The position numbers and the translations under genes were made by a program. The notes under the pieces were generated by a model. It was not told the origin of the DNA. It saw only the letters and a program-made list of their open reading frames with translations, and did not search any database. Positions 41,763 through 51,039 of a stretch of 64,000 nt of DNA are shown here, in pieces. Source of the stretch: Desulfobaccales bacterium. Its GTDB lineage: Bacteria > Desulfobacterota > Desulfobaccia > Desulfobaccales > 0-14-0-80-60-11. The stretch is taken from contig JBBFLF010000001.1 of the NCBI GenBank assembly GCA_037481655.1, positions 48,365 to 112,364 on the forward strand. The letters run 5' to 3'. Within the stretch, counting starts at the first letter, position 1; the number at the start of each line of letters is the position of its first letter.

Positions 41763-43493
41763 TCACCCGCCCGCCTGCTGCCGCCGGCGTCCAAAAATCT
41801 CCGCCACCTCGGAGGCCGGCCGGGTGTTCAGCACCTCCGCCGGGGTGAGCCAGCCCTTGCGGGCCGCCATCACCCCGTAGGCCACCTCATCCAGCCCCTC
41901 CAGGCTGTGGGCGTCCGGGTTGATGCTGATGAGCAGCCCCAGCTCCTTGGCCCGCCGGTGCCAGCGCCAGTCCAGATCCAGCCGGTAGGGGCTGGCGTTC
42001 AGCTCCAGGATGACCCCGTGCGTCGCTGCGGCTTCCAGCACCGCCTCCAGGTCCAGCTCATAGCCCTCCCGGGCCAGGAGCAGGCGGCCGGTGAGGTGGC
42101 CCAGCATGGTGGTGTAGGGGTTCTCCAGCGCCCGAAGCAGCCGCCGGGTCATGTCCTCTTTTTTTTGCCCGAACTGGGAATGCACCGAGGCGATGACAAA
42201 ATCAAACCCGGAAAGGATCTCCGGCGGATAATCCAGGGAGCCATCCCCCAGGATGTCGGATTCGATGCCCCAAAACAGGGTAACCTCCGGAATTGCCCGG
42301 CGGCAGGCAGCCACCTCCTCCTGCTGGCGGGCCAGATCCGGGGGTTTGAGGCCGCCGGCATAGTAAGCCGATTGGCTGTGGTCGGTGATCCCCAGATACT
42401 CCCAGCCCCGCGCCCGGGCGGCCGCGGCCAGCTCCGGGAGGGAATTGACCCCGTCGCTGAAATGGGAGTGCACATGAAAGCAGCCCCGGAGGTCCTCCAG
42501 GGTGAGAAGGCGGGGCAGGGCCCCGGCCGCCGCGGCGGCGATCTCCCCGTCGCCCTCCCTTAGCTCCGGCGGGATGAACGGGAGCCCCAGGGCCTGGTAG
42601 ATCTCCTCCTCCTCCCGGCTGGGGAGGAGGGTGTCGCCGGCAAAGAGCCCCCGCTCCGTGAGAGTCAGGCCCAAACTCCGGCCCCGGGCAGTGAGCTCCC
42701 GCCAATGGGAGTCGCTGCCGGTGTAAGCCACTAAGGCGGCGCCAAAGACCTCCGGGAGCACCACATGCAGGGCGGCCTCCATCCCCTGGGGCAGGGGAAG
42801 ACGGAAAATGCCCGGCTCTGCTGCCTGCAGGGCCGCCCAAGTGGGGAGACCCTGCAGGGCCGCCACCGCCGCCTCGGGGCTGGCGGCCGCGGCCACAAAC
42901 ACCAGCCCTCGCTCCACCTCCAGGGCCCTGCGCACGCCCCCGGCCAGCTCCAGCCGCGCCAATCCCGCGGCCTGCCGCCCCTGGCGCAGGAGCTCCTGGG
43001 CCACGGGCCACAGGTCCCCCAACCGGAAATAGCCGGCATAGCGGCGCACCCGCTCCAGCCCCGCCTTGATCTTCTCCTGGGTCTTCTGGCCAAACCCCGG
43101 TAGGGTGAGGAGGCGGTTTTCCCGCAGGGCGTATTCCAGCTCCCCTAAGCTGGCGATCCCCAGCTGCTCAAAAAGCTGCCGGGCTTTGCGGGGGCCTAAC
43201 CCCGGGACCTGAAGGAGCTCCACCAATCCGGGGGGGATTTTGTTCTTGAGCTCCTCATGGAGCTGGCAGCGGCCCTGCTCCACCAGCTCCTGCACCACCC
43301 CCGCCAGGGTGCGGCCGATGCCTTTGACGTTGAGGAGAGCGCCTGTGGCCACCGCCTCCTTCAGGTCCCCCGGCAACGTGAGGAGGGCTCGGGCCCCCTG
43401 CTGGTAGGCCCGCACCTTGAAGGGGTTTTCCCCGGAAAGCTCCAGAAGCAGGGCGATCTCCTCCAGGATGCGGGCCGCCTCCTGCTTGTCCAT
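41763..43493 (-). CDS. polX: Family X DNA polymerase with C-terminal PHP phosphoesterase domain
   Basis: 576 aa. N-terminal FKVRAYQQGARAL and HhH motifs (GIGRTLA, GLGPKRA-like). C-terminal FHVHSHFSDG PHP motif. Confidence 0.9.
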   Translation of the reverse strand: MDKQEAARILEEIALLLELSGENPFKVRAYQQGARALLTLPGDLKEAVATGALLNVKGIGRTLAGVVQELVEQGRCQLHEELKNKIPPGLVELLQVPGLGPRKARQLFEQLGIASLGELEYALRENRLLTLPGFGQKTQEKIKAGLERVRRYAGYFRLGDLWPVAQELLRQGRQAAGLARLELAGGVRRALEVERGLVFVAAAASPEAAVAALQGLPTWAALQAAEPGIFRLPLPQGMEAALHVVLPEVFGAALVAYTGSDSHWRELTARGRSLGLTLTERGLFAGDTLLPSREEEEIYQALGLPFIPPELREGDGEIAAAAAGALPRLLTLEDLRGCFHVHSHFSDGVNSLPELAAAARARGWEYLGITDHSQSAYYAGGLKPPDLARQQEEVAACRRAIPEVTLFWGIESDILGDGSLDYPPEILSGFDFVIASVHSQFGQKKEDMTRRLLRALENPYTTMLGHLTGRLLLAREGYELDLEAVLEAAATHGVILELNASPYRLDLDWRWHRRAKELGLLISINPDAHSLEGLDEVAYGVMAARKGWLTPAEVLNTRPASEVAEIFGRRRQQAGG

Positions 43494-43501
43494 GACCGCG
43501 G

Positions 43502-44338
43502 TCAGTACCAGGCCGCCAGGGTGAGGACCGTGTCGGCGTAGGCGTCCGATTGATTGTAGGCCAGGATGGCCCGGCGCCAGGTGCCCTGCTGGGACAGGCG
43601 AAAGCCCGCTTTATGCAGGTAATTGGCAATGCTGGCAATGGCGTCCGGGTGGGTGAAGAGGTCCACCTTGCCGTCGCCGTCCCCGTCCACGCCGCAGCGC
43701 ACCAGGCTGGAAGGCAGAAACTGGGCATACCCCAAAGCCCCGGCCCAGGAGCCGGAGAACTGGAAGGGGTCCAGGCGCTGGCGCCGGCAGTACTCCAGGA
43801 AAGTGGCGAGCTCCCGCTTGGCCCAGGCCGCTTTCTTCCGCAACCGGGGCAAAAGGCTCGGCTCCAGCTCGGCCTCGGCCATGACCTCGGGGGTGTCCAT
43901 CACCGCCAACGAGGCAAAGACATTAAAGACCGGATACTTGCCGGTGATGTTCCCCAGCCCTGATTCCACCGTGAGGATGGCGACGATGACCTCCGGCGCC
44001 ACCCCATACATCTCCCGGGCCCTGATCAGCTGCCGCCGGTGTTCCTGCATATAATTCCGGCCCCGGGCCACCACCTCGGGCTTGAGGAAATGGCTGTAGT
44101 CCGCCGGCCGCTCCTTGCGGAGATAGGCGATTTTGCGCACCACCTCGGGCATGAAGCGGTTGCGGGGGTCATCAAAGGTCCTGAAGACGAAATCCTTGTC
44201 CAGCCCCTGGCGGATAAGGGCGTATTTCAGGTCCACGTAAGCCAAAGGCTGCTCCCCCCGTCCGGCCGCCCCCAGTTCGGGGCCCGGCAGGGCCAGGAGC
44301 AGGATCGCCACCGCCAGCGTCCACCTCGCCATGCTCAA
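43502..44338 (-). CDS. mltB: Lytic murein transglycosylase (MltB/SLT_2 family)
   Basis: Signal peptide. TVESGLG catalytic Glu region. GSWAGALGYAQFLPSS motif. Confidence 0.85.
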   Translation of the reverse strand: MSMARWTLAVAILLLALPGPELGAAGRGEQPLAYVDLKYALIRQGLDKDFVFRTFDDPRNRFMPEVVRKIAYLRKERPADYSHFLKPEVVARGRNYMQEHRRQLIRAREMYGVAPEVIVAILTVESGLGNITGKYPVFNVFASLAVMDTPEVMAEAELEPSLLPRLRKKAAWAKRELATFLEYCRRQRLDPFQFSGSWAGALGYAQFLPSSLVRCGVDGDGDGKVDLFTHPDAIASIANYLHKAGFRLSQQGTWRRAILAYNQSDAYADTVLTLAAWY

Positions 44339-44441
44339 CCTCCCCCTTCGCCCAGACGCTACCGTGATTTCCCGGCCTTGTCAAGGCGGTGCCGAACCCG
44401 GGCAAACAGGGAAATTCTTCCTGCGCCCCCTGGTTTTTTCC

Positions 44442-44469
44442 TTGACCTAAATTTATATTTATGTAAACT
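44442..44469 (+). promoter_or_regulatory. Candidate promoter of the TAC operon
   Basis: TTGACC (44442-44447), 16 nt spacer, TAAACT (44464-44469), 7 nt before ATG 44477 (possibly leaderless or a short leader). Confidence 0.3.
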
Positions 44470-44476
44470 CCATCCC

Positions 44477-44863
44477 ATGCCGAAGCGCGTGGCGGGGGCG
44501 ACAAGGCCGACGATCTTATACCGAGGTTCCTTTTACACCGTGGAACTGGCCCTCACCCTTAACGGCAGCTGCCCGGCCCGGGAGTTCCTCAATGGCCTGA
44601 CCGCGGAAAAGAGAGCTAAGATCCTGGCCCTCATCCGGCGCCTGGCCGATCAGGGCCGCATAAACGACCGGGAAAAGTTTAAAAAAATCGAAGGCACGGA
44701 ATTTTTCGAGTTTAAAGACTTTCAGACCCGGATGCCCTGCTTTTTCCAGCCAGGTGGGCGATTAATCATAACCCACGGCTTTATCAAGAAAAAAGACAAG
44801 ATTCCCGCCTCAGAGTTAGAAAAGGCTCGCAGCATCCGGGCGGAATATAACCAGAGGTTTTGA
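44477..44863 (+). CDS. Gp49/HigB-like (RelE-superfamily) toxin
   Basis: 128 aa from the internal ATG 44477. FLNGLTAEKRAKILALIRRL...FFEFKDFQTRMPCFFQPGGRLIITHGFIKKKDKIPASELEKA fits the phage Gp49/DUF891 pattern. Confidence 0.8.
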   Translation: MPKRVAGATRPTILYRGSFYTVELALTLNGSCPAREFLNGLTAEKRAKILALIRRLADQGRINDREKFKKIEGTEFFEFKDFQTRMPCFFQPGGRLIITHGFIKKKDKIPASELEKARSIRAEYNQRF

Positions 44864-45270
44864 CCATGACCCTGATGGACCATTACACCCAGGACCCCCA
44901 GTTTGCCCGGCTTCTGGCCCAGGAAGAGCTCATTCTGGAAGTGACGGAGACCCTGTGCGCCCTCCTGGAAAAGGAGGGGGTGTCCCGCACCGAGCTGGCC
45001 CGGCGTCTGGGCAAAACCAAAGGCTTTGTCTCGCAGCTCCTGGGCGGTGGCCGCAATTTGACGCTGCGCACCCTGGCGGATGTGCTGTCGGTTTTGGGCT
45101 ACAGGCTGCAGCTCAAGCCGGAGAAACTCGGTGGAGAGGCTGTCGACAATAAAGGCCAGAAAATTTTGACCTGTCATGCCTGGCGCCAAGCTACCGAGGC
45201 TCCTCGCGCCTCGTGGGAGAAAATCTCCTGGCCCGATAATTATTTTACCTTTCATGAATTGGCCATCTGA
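44860..45270 (+). CDS. XRE-family HTH antitoxin with a ~50 aa aromatic C-terminal extension
   Basis: ATGA overlap with the toxin. HTH VSRTELARRLGKTKGFVSQLLGGGRNLTLRTLADVL. Tail ...WEKISWPDNYFTFHELAI. Confidence 0.8.
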   Translation: MTMTLMDHYTQDPQFARLLAQEELILEVTETLCALLEKEGVSRTELARRLGKTKGFVSQLLGGGRNLTLRTLADVLSVLGYRLQLKPEKLGGEAVDNKGQKILTCHAWRQATEAPRASWEKISWPDNYFTFHELAI

Positions 45271-45278
45271 GGTGGCAA

Positions 45279-45815
45279 ATGAGTCTGGCTTCCCCCTTGT
45301 CTGCAGAGATGGACAACCTGGATATGGAGGCTGTGGCCCGGGTGGCCCGGGCAGTGGAGCTACGGGAGATTCATCTCCTGCGGGCAGCTGTCTCCCGCCC
45401 GGGGCCGGAGCCGGTCCAAGGCAGACTGGTGCTGGATTTTGACTGCTCGACGCGGCTTCTCGAGGCAGTGGAGGGGGACCATCTCCTGCCGGTGGCTTGT
45501 GATTTCAGTCTGACTGCCAGGAATGAGGAGGAACCCCAGCGGGAGGTGATGCGGGTGGAAGCCACTTTTCTGGTGAGCTATGAGGTGGCGCATCCCGAAA
45601 ACCTCTCCATGGATGACCTCCATCACTTCGCCCGGATCAATCCATTGTATAACGCCTGGTCCTATTGGCGGGAGTTCGTGCACAGCATGACCACCCGCAT
45701 GGGCCTGCCGCCGCTTCTGGTGCCGCTTTTGAAGATCGGCCCCCGGAAGGCGCCGGCGCCCCCGCCTCCCGCAGAAAAGAAGCGCCGCGGCCGGCAGACC
45801 AAGGCTTCCTCCTAA
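45279..45815 (+). CDS. SecB-like chaperone (third component of a TAC system)
   Basis: 178 aa. FARINPLYNAWSYWREFVHSMTTRMGLPPLLVPLLKI aligns with E. coli SecB [36 protein letters not shown] (Y.RE...SM..R...P.L.L.P). Extra basic/Pro-rich C-tail. Confidence 0.75.
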   Translation: MSLASPLSAEMDNLDMEAVARVARAVELREIHLLRAAVSRPGPEPVQGRLVLDFDCSTRLLEAVEGDHLLPVACDFSLTARNEEEPQREVMRVEATFLVSYEVAHPENLSMDDLHHFARINPLYNAWSYWREFVHSMTTRMGLPPLLVPLLKIGPRKAPAPPPPAEKKRRGRQTKASS

Positions 45816-45842
45816 AAACCGCCCATGGCCGGCAAACTCGCA

Positions 45843-45870
45843 CGCCGCTTGTTAAAGGCGGCTTTTTTGT
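45843..45870 (+). terminator. Rho-independent terminator after the SecB-like gene
   Basis: CGCCGCTT-gtta-AAGGCGGC followed by TTTTTTGTTT. Confidence 0.5.
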
Positions 45871-45880
45871 TTATGGAGTT

Positions 45881-46834
45881 ATGGAGACGGTCGGGATCAT
45901 GAATGCCCTTCTGCCGGAGATTCACTCCCACGTGCCCCTGGCCCCTCGCACCACCTGGCGCATCGGGGGGGCTGCGGCGCAGTTCGCCGTGCCCCGGACT
46001 TTGGAAGAGGTCTTCGCCCTCTTTAAGCTGGCAGAAGACCGGGGCTGGCCCCTCTTTTTCCTGGGGCGGGGGAGCAACGTGCTGGTGGATGATGCCGGCC
46101 TGCCAGGGCTAACGCTGCAGGTGGGAGGGCTGACCGGGCTTTCCCGCCAGGGCGATCGCCTCCGGGCCGGGGCCGGGGTGGCGCTGCCAAAGCTGTCCCG
46201 CCGCCTGGCCGACCTTGGCCTGGCAGGCTTTGAGTTCCTGGAAGGCATCCCCGGCACCGTAGGCGCCGGGGTGCGTCTCAACGCCGGGGCCTTCGGACAG
46301 CAGCTCGCTGAGAGGCTCACCCGGGTGTGGGTGGCCACCCCGGCAGGCCGGCTGCTGGAGTTCACCCCGGCGGAGCTGCAGCCGGCGTATCGCTCCTCCC
46401 GCCTGCTTTTCTTCCCCCACTGGCTGGTAGTGGAGGCGGAGTTTCACCTCCCCGGGGAGGATGACCCCGCGGCCATCCGGGCCCGCATGGCCGAGCTGGC
46501 CGTCCGCCGCCGGACGGTGCAGCCCAGCAACCCCCGGAGCTGCGGCAGTGTGTTCAAAAATCCCCCCCAGGGACCCCCGGCGGGCCGGCTCATTGACGAG
46601 GCGGGCCTGAAAGGGAAGCGGATGGGGGACGCGGTGGTCTCCCGGAAGCACGCCAACTTCATCCTCAATGCCGGCCGGGCCACCGCCGCTCAGGTGAAGG
46701 CCCTCATCGCCCTCATCCAGGAGGAGGTCTGGCGTCGCTTCGGGGTGGCCCTGGAGCGGGAAGTGGTGTTTCTCCCGGAGGATCTCTCCGGCGCCGGGGG
46801 CAACGCAGGCCAGGGCCCGGTGTCGCTCCTTTGA
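45881..46834 (+). CDS. murB: UDP-N-acetylenolpyruvoylglucosamine reductase
   Basis: PLAPRTTWRIGGAA...FLGRGSNVLV...RSCGSVFKNP motifs. Start at 45881 or 45899. Confidence 0.9.
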   Translation: METVGIMNALLPEIHSHVPLAPRTTWRIGGAAAQFAVPRTLEEVFALFKLAEDRGWPLFFLGRGSNVLVDDAGLPGLTLQVGGLTGLSRQGDRLRAGAGVALPKLSRRLADLGLAGFEFLEGIPGTVGAGVRLNAGAFGQQLAERLTRVWVATPAGRLLEFTPAELQPAYRSSRLLFFPHWLVVEAEFHLPGEDDPAAIRARMAELAVRRRTVQPSNPRSCGSVFKNPPQGPPAGRLIDEAGLKGKRMGDAVVSRKHANFILNAGRATAAQVKALIALIQEEVWRRFGVALEREVVFLPEDLSGAGGNAGQGPVSLL

Positions 46835-46861
46835 GCCCTCTCTCCGCAGCCGGAAAGAGCC

Positions 46862-48007
46862 TCAGGTGAGCAACATCCTGCCCAGGTGGGAGAGATGGCG
46901 GCTGGCGGCGCCCGTCCCCCGCACGGCTACCGGCACCAGGTCCCGGGCGCTGTGGGCGATCTCCTCCCGGAAGGGCAGGCTGAGAACCGTGATCTGCAGG
47001 CCGAGGCACCGGGCCGCCACCTCCTTGAGGCGCCGGGCCATTTCCCGGGGCCGGTCCCGGTGGGTGACCTGATTGAACAGGATCAGGGGCCTGAACTCAG
47101 GGGCGAGGCTTAAAGGCGGCAGTTCCTGAGATGACAGCCGGGTCCGGAGACGCTTGAGAAAGGCGTAGGCCTGGACATAGGCGGCAGGCTCGCAGGTGGT
47201 GACCAGGAGCTGGCGCCGGGCGGCCACGAACAGGTCCAACGCCCTCGGCGCGCTGCCCAGATCGCAGAGGAGGTCATCTGCCTCCACGTGGGCAAGCCCG
47301 GCCAGAAATCGCCGGTGCTCCAAGCCGGCGGCCGCATCTGCCGGAAAGCCCAGGTCCTCGCCGGTGATCAGGGCCGGGCCAAAGCGGCTCGGCCGCGGCC
47401 CGCAGCCCCGGCCGGCCGCACCGTGGGAGGAGTGCGGGGACAGGTTTCCCAGATAGAGGGGCAGGGTAGGTCCGGCGGGGTCCAGGTCGGCCAGGATCAC
47501 CCGGCGGCCCAGACGGGCCAGGAGCACCCCCAGATTGGCGGCGATGATGCTGGCCCCCACTCCGCCTTTGGCGCCGGCCACCGCGATGATCCGGGGTCCG
47601 GGGAAGGAGGGAGCCTCCCGCAGATAGTCCCGGAGGAGGTCATACGCCTGTTTGACGGCCACAAACCGCGCCTGCCGGGCCGCTGCCGTCCACCCCGGGA
47701 GCGGCCGGGGGGCATCGGGATGCCAGTGCCGCACCTCCCTCCGAAAGGCCTGTTTTAGCCGGGTGGGATCCAGGCCGGCCCAAAACCCCGGGGTGGCCAC
47801 TTCCTCGGCAGGGAAGAGCAGCCGGGCGGCTTCGGTGAGGCGGCGGCGATCATGGCATGCTGCGTCAGGCATCGGGACTTTGCCTCTGTCGACCATCCCT
47901 GCATCGCCGATGCCAACCCCCGCAAGGGACAGGAAGGCCGGCCAGAATGCCAAGGTTCTGCGGTTTACCTGGATAAGCCTCAGGGCCTGGTGTTCAGAAA
48001 ATGACAT
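46862..48007 (-). CDS. J-domain-like N-terminus fused to a ParA/MinD-family P-loop domain with a degenerate Walker A
   Basis: LKQAFRREVRHWHPD...FVAVKQAYDLL (HPD motif), then IIAVAGAKGGVGASIIAANLGVLLARLGRRVILADLD (deviant Walker A with GAS in place of GKT). Start uncertain. Confidence 0.65.
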   Translation of the reverse strand: MSFSEHQALRLIQVNRRTLAFWPAFLSLAGVGIGDAGMVDRGKVPMPDAACHDRRRLTEAARLLFPAEEVATPGFWAGLDPTRLKQAFRREVRHWHPDAPRPLPGWTAAARQARFVAVKQAYDLLRDYLREAPSFPGPRIIAVAGAKGGVGASIIAANLGVLLARLGRRVILADLDPAGPTLPLYLGNLSPHSSHGAAGRGCGPRPSRFGPALITGEDLGFPADAAAGLEHRRFLAGLAHVEADDLLCDLGSAPRALDLFVAARRQLLVTTCEPAAYVQAYAFLKRLRTRLSSQELPPLSLAPEFRPLILFNQVTHRDRPREMARRLKEVAARCLGLQITVLSLPFREEIAHSARDLVPVAVRGTGAASRHLSHLGRMLLT

Positions 48008-48114
48008 CCCTTTCCCAGGGAATGTTTCAGAAAGGGAACATGGCCGGGCAGGGGAGGCCGGTTGGATGCGCCCTCCCCCGCCGGGGCCGAAACCTTAGTG
48101 TTCAGGAGGAGAAA

Positions 48115-48684
48115 ATGATTCGGCGGGAAGTGTGGTATTTCGACAAAACCGGCCCGGACAACACCGAGGCCTGCATCGAGCTTCTGGTCAAGGCGGCGGA
48201 GGAAGGCTTCCGCCACTTTGTGCTGGCCTCCACCACCGGGGCCTCCGGCGCCCAGGCAGTGCGCCGCCTGGCTGGCCGGGACCTCAATCTGGTGGTGGTG
48301 GGCCACTCCGTAGGCTTCAAGGGCCCCAATATCGACGAGTTTCTGCCGGAGCACCAGGAGGAGATCGTGCGCCTGGGGGGCAAGGTGCTCAAGGCCACCA
48401 TCCTCACCCATTCCCTGGAGACCGCCATCGCCGAGCAGTTCAAGGGGAGCGCCCCCACCCTTCTCATCGCCAACACCTTGAGGCGCCTGGGGCACGGCCT
48501 CAAGGTCTGCTGCGAGATCGTCATGGAGGCGGTGGATGCCGGGCTCATCCCCGAAGAGGAGGAGGTGGTGGCCGCCGCCGGCACCGCCCGGGGCTGGGAT
48601 ACGGTGGCCATCGTCAAGAGTGCCGCCTCCAAGCGCTTCCTGAAGCTCAGCGTCCTGGAGATCTGGGCCAAGCCCCGGGTGTAA
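48115..48684 (+). CDS. Pyruvate-kinase C-terminal (alpha/beta) domain-like protein
   Basis: ATG 48115 after AGGAGGA. 189 aa. VWYFDKTGPDNTEACIEL...VLASTTGASG pattern recalled from stand-alone PK_C-like proteins. Confidence 0.45.
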   Translation: MIRREVWYFDKTGPDNTEACIELLVKAAEEGFRHFVLASTTGASGAQAVRRLAGRDLNLVVVGHSVGFKGPNIDEFLPEHQEEIVRLGGKVLKATILTHSLETAIAEQFKGSAPTLLIANTLRRLGHGLKVCCEIVMEAVDAGLIPEEEEVVAAAGTARGWDTVAIVKSAASKRFLKLSVLEIWAKPRV

Positions 48685-48699
48685 GGGCGGAAAGCGGGA

Positions 48700-49647
48700 T
48701 CAGGCAAGGGCCGGCGGAGAGGCGCCGAAGACCTGAGCGTAGCGCTCTGCCACCTCCGCCAGGGTGAAGCGGTGCTCCTGGGTGCCGGCCCTTTCCACCG
48801 CAAAGCTGGCCACCGCGGCCCCCAGACAGGCGGCCTCCGGCCAGGGGAGACCTCTGATAAGGCCTTTGATCAGCCCCGCCCGGTAGGCGTCCCCGGCCCC
48901 GGTGGGGTCCACTACCTGCCGGGGAGGCACCGCCGGGATGTGGTGCCGTTCCCCGTCCCCCAACACCTGGGAGCCTTGGTCGCCCTGGGTGACGATGAGG
49001 GTGGGGGTGAGCTTCAGGAGATGGCCGGTGGTGAGGCCCGTCTTCTGCTGGAAGAGTTCCAGCTCGTAGTCATTGACGATGAGGGCCCAGGCGCCGGTGG
49101 CCATCTCCTTGAGCTCCCCGCCGCCCCAGGCCGGGATGGACTGGCCGGGATCGAAGATGTAGGGCACCTTCCGCTCTTTGTAGAGGCGGCTGTAGGTGAG
49201 CATGTCCTCCAGGTTCCCCGGCGCGATGATGGCCAGGGCGCGCCGGGGGTCCAGGCCGTCTAAGGCATAACCCGAGGGATGTTTCATGGCCCCGGGATTG
49301 AAGCCGGTGATCTGGTTGTCCGAAAGATCGGTGGTGATATAGGCCGAGGCGGTGAATTCCTCCGGGATGAGGCGGATGCCGTCCAACGGCAATCCCAGGC
49401 TCCGGAGCCAGTCTTCATAGGGCCCGAAATCCCGGCCGGCGGTGGCGAGAATCAGGGGCTGTTCGCCCAAAAGATGGAGATTATAGGCGATGTTGCCGGC
49501 GGTGCCGCCGAAGCGCTCGGTGAGGCCGTTCACCATGAAACAGACGTTTAAGACATGGATCTTGTCCGGCAGGATGTGGTCCGCAAAGCGGCCGGGAAAA
49601 TCCATGATGCGGTCGTAGGCCAGCGACCCGGAGACCAGGATGCGCAT
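48700..49647 (-). CDS. PfkB-family carbohydrate/nucleoside kinase
   Basis: 315 aa. GGTAGNIAYNL and C-terminal DPTGAGDAYRAG PfkB signatures. Confidence 0.85.
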   Translation of the reverse strand: MRILVSGSLAYDRIMDFPGRFADHILPDKIHVLNVCFMVNGLTERFGGTAGNIAYNLHLLGEQPLILATAGRDFGPYEDWLRSLGLPLDGIRLIPEEFTASAYITTDLSDNQITGFNPGAMKHPSGYALDGLDPRRALAIIAPGNLEDMLTYSRLYKERKVPYIFDPGQSIPAWGGGELKEMATGAWALIVNDYELELFQQKTGLTTGHLLKLTPTLIVTQGDQGSQVLGDGERHHIPAVPPRQVVDPTGAGDAYRAGLIKGLIRGLPWPEAACLGAAVASFAVERAGTQEHRFTLAEVAERYAQVFGASPPALA

Positions 49648-49743
49648 TCATCCCCTCCCTGCGGCGGACCGGCTGTACCCTGCCCCTCATGGGGCTACCG
49701 GCCCGAGAATTCTTTCCCTTTCACCCTGGGGTTAAAGGTGGCC

Positions 49744-51039
49744 TTACGCCGGCTCGCCTTCGACCCCCTCAAAATACGCCTTTGCCTCCCCCACGGTGTA
49801 TAAGGACCCGGTGATGACGATGTGATCCCCAGGGCCGGCCAGCTCCTGGGCCCGGCGGATGGCCGCGGGGATGCTCTCGGACGTCTCGGCGGCCACCCCC
49901 AAGGCGGCCACCCGGGCGGCCAGGTCCTCCGGCCCGGCGGCCCGGAAATATTTGGGCCGGGTGCAGAGAACGGTGTGGGCCAGGGGGACGAGCTTGCTCA
50001 AGATGCCGGCCATATCCTTGTCGGCCATGATCCCCAGGACCAGGATGATATGCCCGGTTTTGCGCAGATTTTTCAGGGTGCGGGCCAAAATCCCGGCCGC
50101 CGCGGGGTTGTGGGCCCCGTCCAGCAGGATGCGGGAGTCCTGGGGCAGGCGTTCCAGCCGGCCGGGCCAGCGCACCTGGAGCAATCCCTGGCGCACCGCT
50201 TGCTCCGGGATCTCAAACCCCCGGGAAGCCAAAACCTCCAGGGCCGCCAGGGCCAGGGCGGCATTATTGTATTGATGCCGGCCGCTGAGACTGACCGCCA
50301 GGTCGTGGATCTCCCACTGCAGGCCGTAATAGGTGAAGCGCCCGGGAGGCCGGCCCCGCACCCGGAAGTGGCGGTCCGCCACATACATGGGCACCTGGCA
50401 CTCCTGGCAGCGTCGCCGGAAGATCTCCAGCACCCGCCGCTGCCGGGCCCCGGTGATGAGAGGGGCGCCCGGTTTGATGATGCCGGCCTTCTCCGCCGCC
50501 ACCTCCTTTAAGGTGTGCCCCAGAAATTCCTGATGATCCATGGCGATGTTGGTGATCACGGTCACCAAGGGCGAGACGATGTTGGTGGCGTCCAGGCGCC
50601 CCCCCATGCCGGTCTCCAGGATGATGGGCCGGGCCCCCTCCTCCAAAAAGTAGAGGAGGGCCATGGCGGTGACAAACTCAAAGAAGGTGGGGGGCTCAGC
50701 CTCGTCAATGACCTCGTGCACCCGGTTGATGAGGGCCAGCAGGCGGTCATCCTCGATATCTTTCTCCCCCAGTCGGAAGCGCTCATTGAGGCGCACCAGG
50801 TGGGGCGAGGTGAACAGGGCCGCGGGAAAGCCCGCCGCCGTGAGGACGGCGGACAGCATGGCCGCCACTGAGCCCTTGCCGTTGGTCCCGGCAATGTGGA
50901 GATATTCCCCGCGGCTGTGTTCCAGCCCCAGACGGGCCAGCAGATTCAAGGTGGAGGAGAGGCCGAATTTGATGCCGTATTTCTGCAGGCCGAAGAGCCA
51001 CTGGATGGCGGTGGGGAGGTCAGTAAACGGGGCCCTCAT
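49744..51039 (-). CDS. folC: Folylpolyglutamate synthase / dihydrofolate synthase
   Basis: HIAGTNGKGS P-loop and Mur-ligase architecture. Confidence 0.9.
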   Translation of the reverse strand: MRAPFTDLPTAIQWLFGLQKYGIKFGLSSTLNLLARLGLEHSRGEYLHIAGTNGKGSVAAMLSAVLTAAGFPAALFTSPHLVRLNERFRLGEKDIEDDRLLALINRVHEVIDEAEPPTFFEFVTAMALLYFLEEGARPIILETGMGGRLDATNIVSPLVTVITNIAMDHQEFLGHTLKEVAAEKAGIIKPGAPLITGARQRRVLEIFRRRCQECQVPMYVADRHFRVRGRPPGRFTYYGLQWEIHDLAVSLSGRHQYNNAALALAALEVLASRGFEIPEQAVRQGLLQVRWPGRLERLPQDSRILLDGAHNPAAAGILARTLKNLRKTGHIILVLGIMADKDMAGILSKLVPLAHTVLCTRPKYFRAAGPEDLAARVAALGVAAETSESIPAAIRRAQELAGPGDHIVITGSLYTVGEAKAYFEGVEGEPA

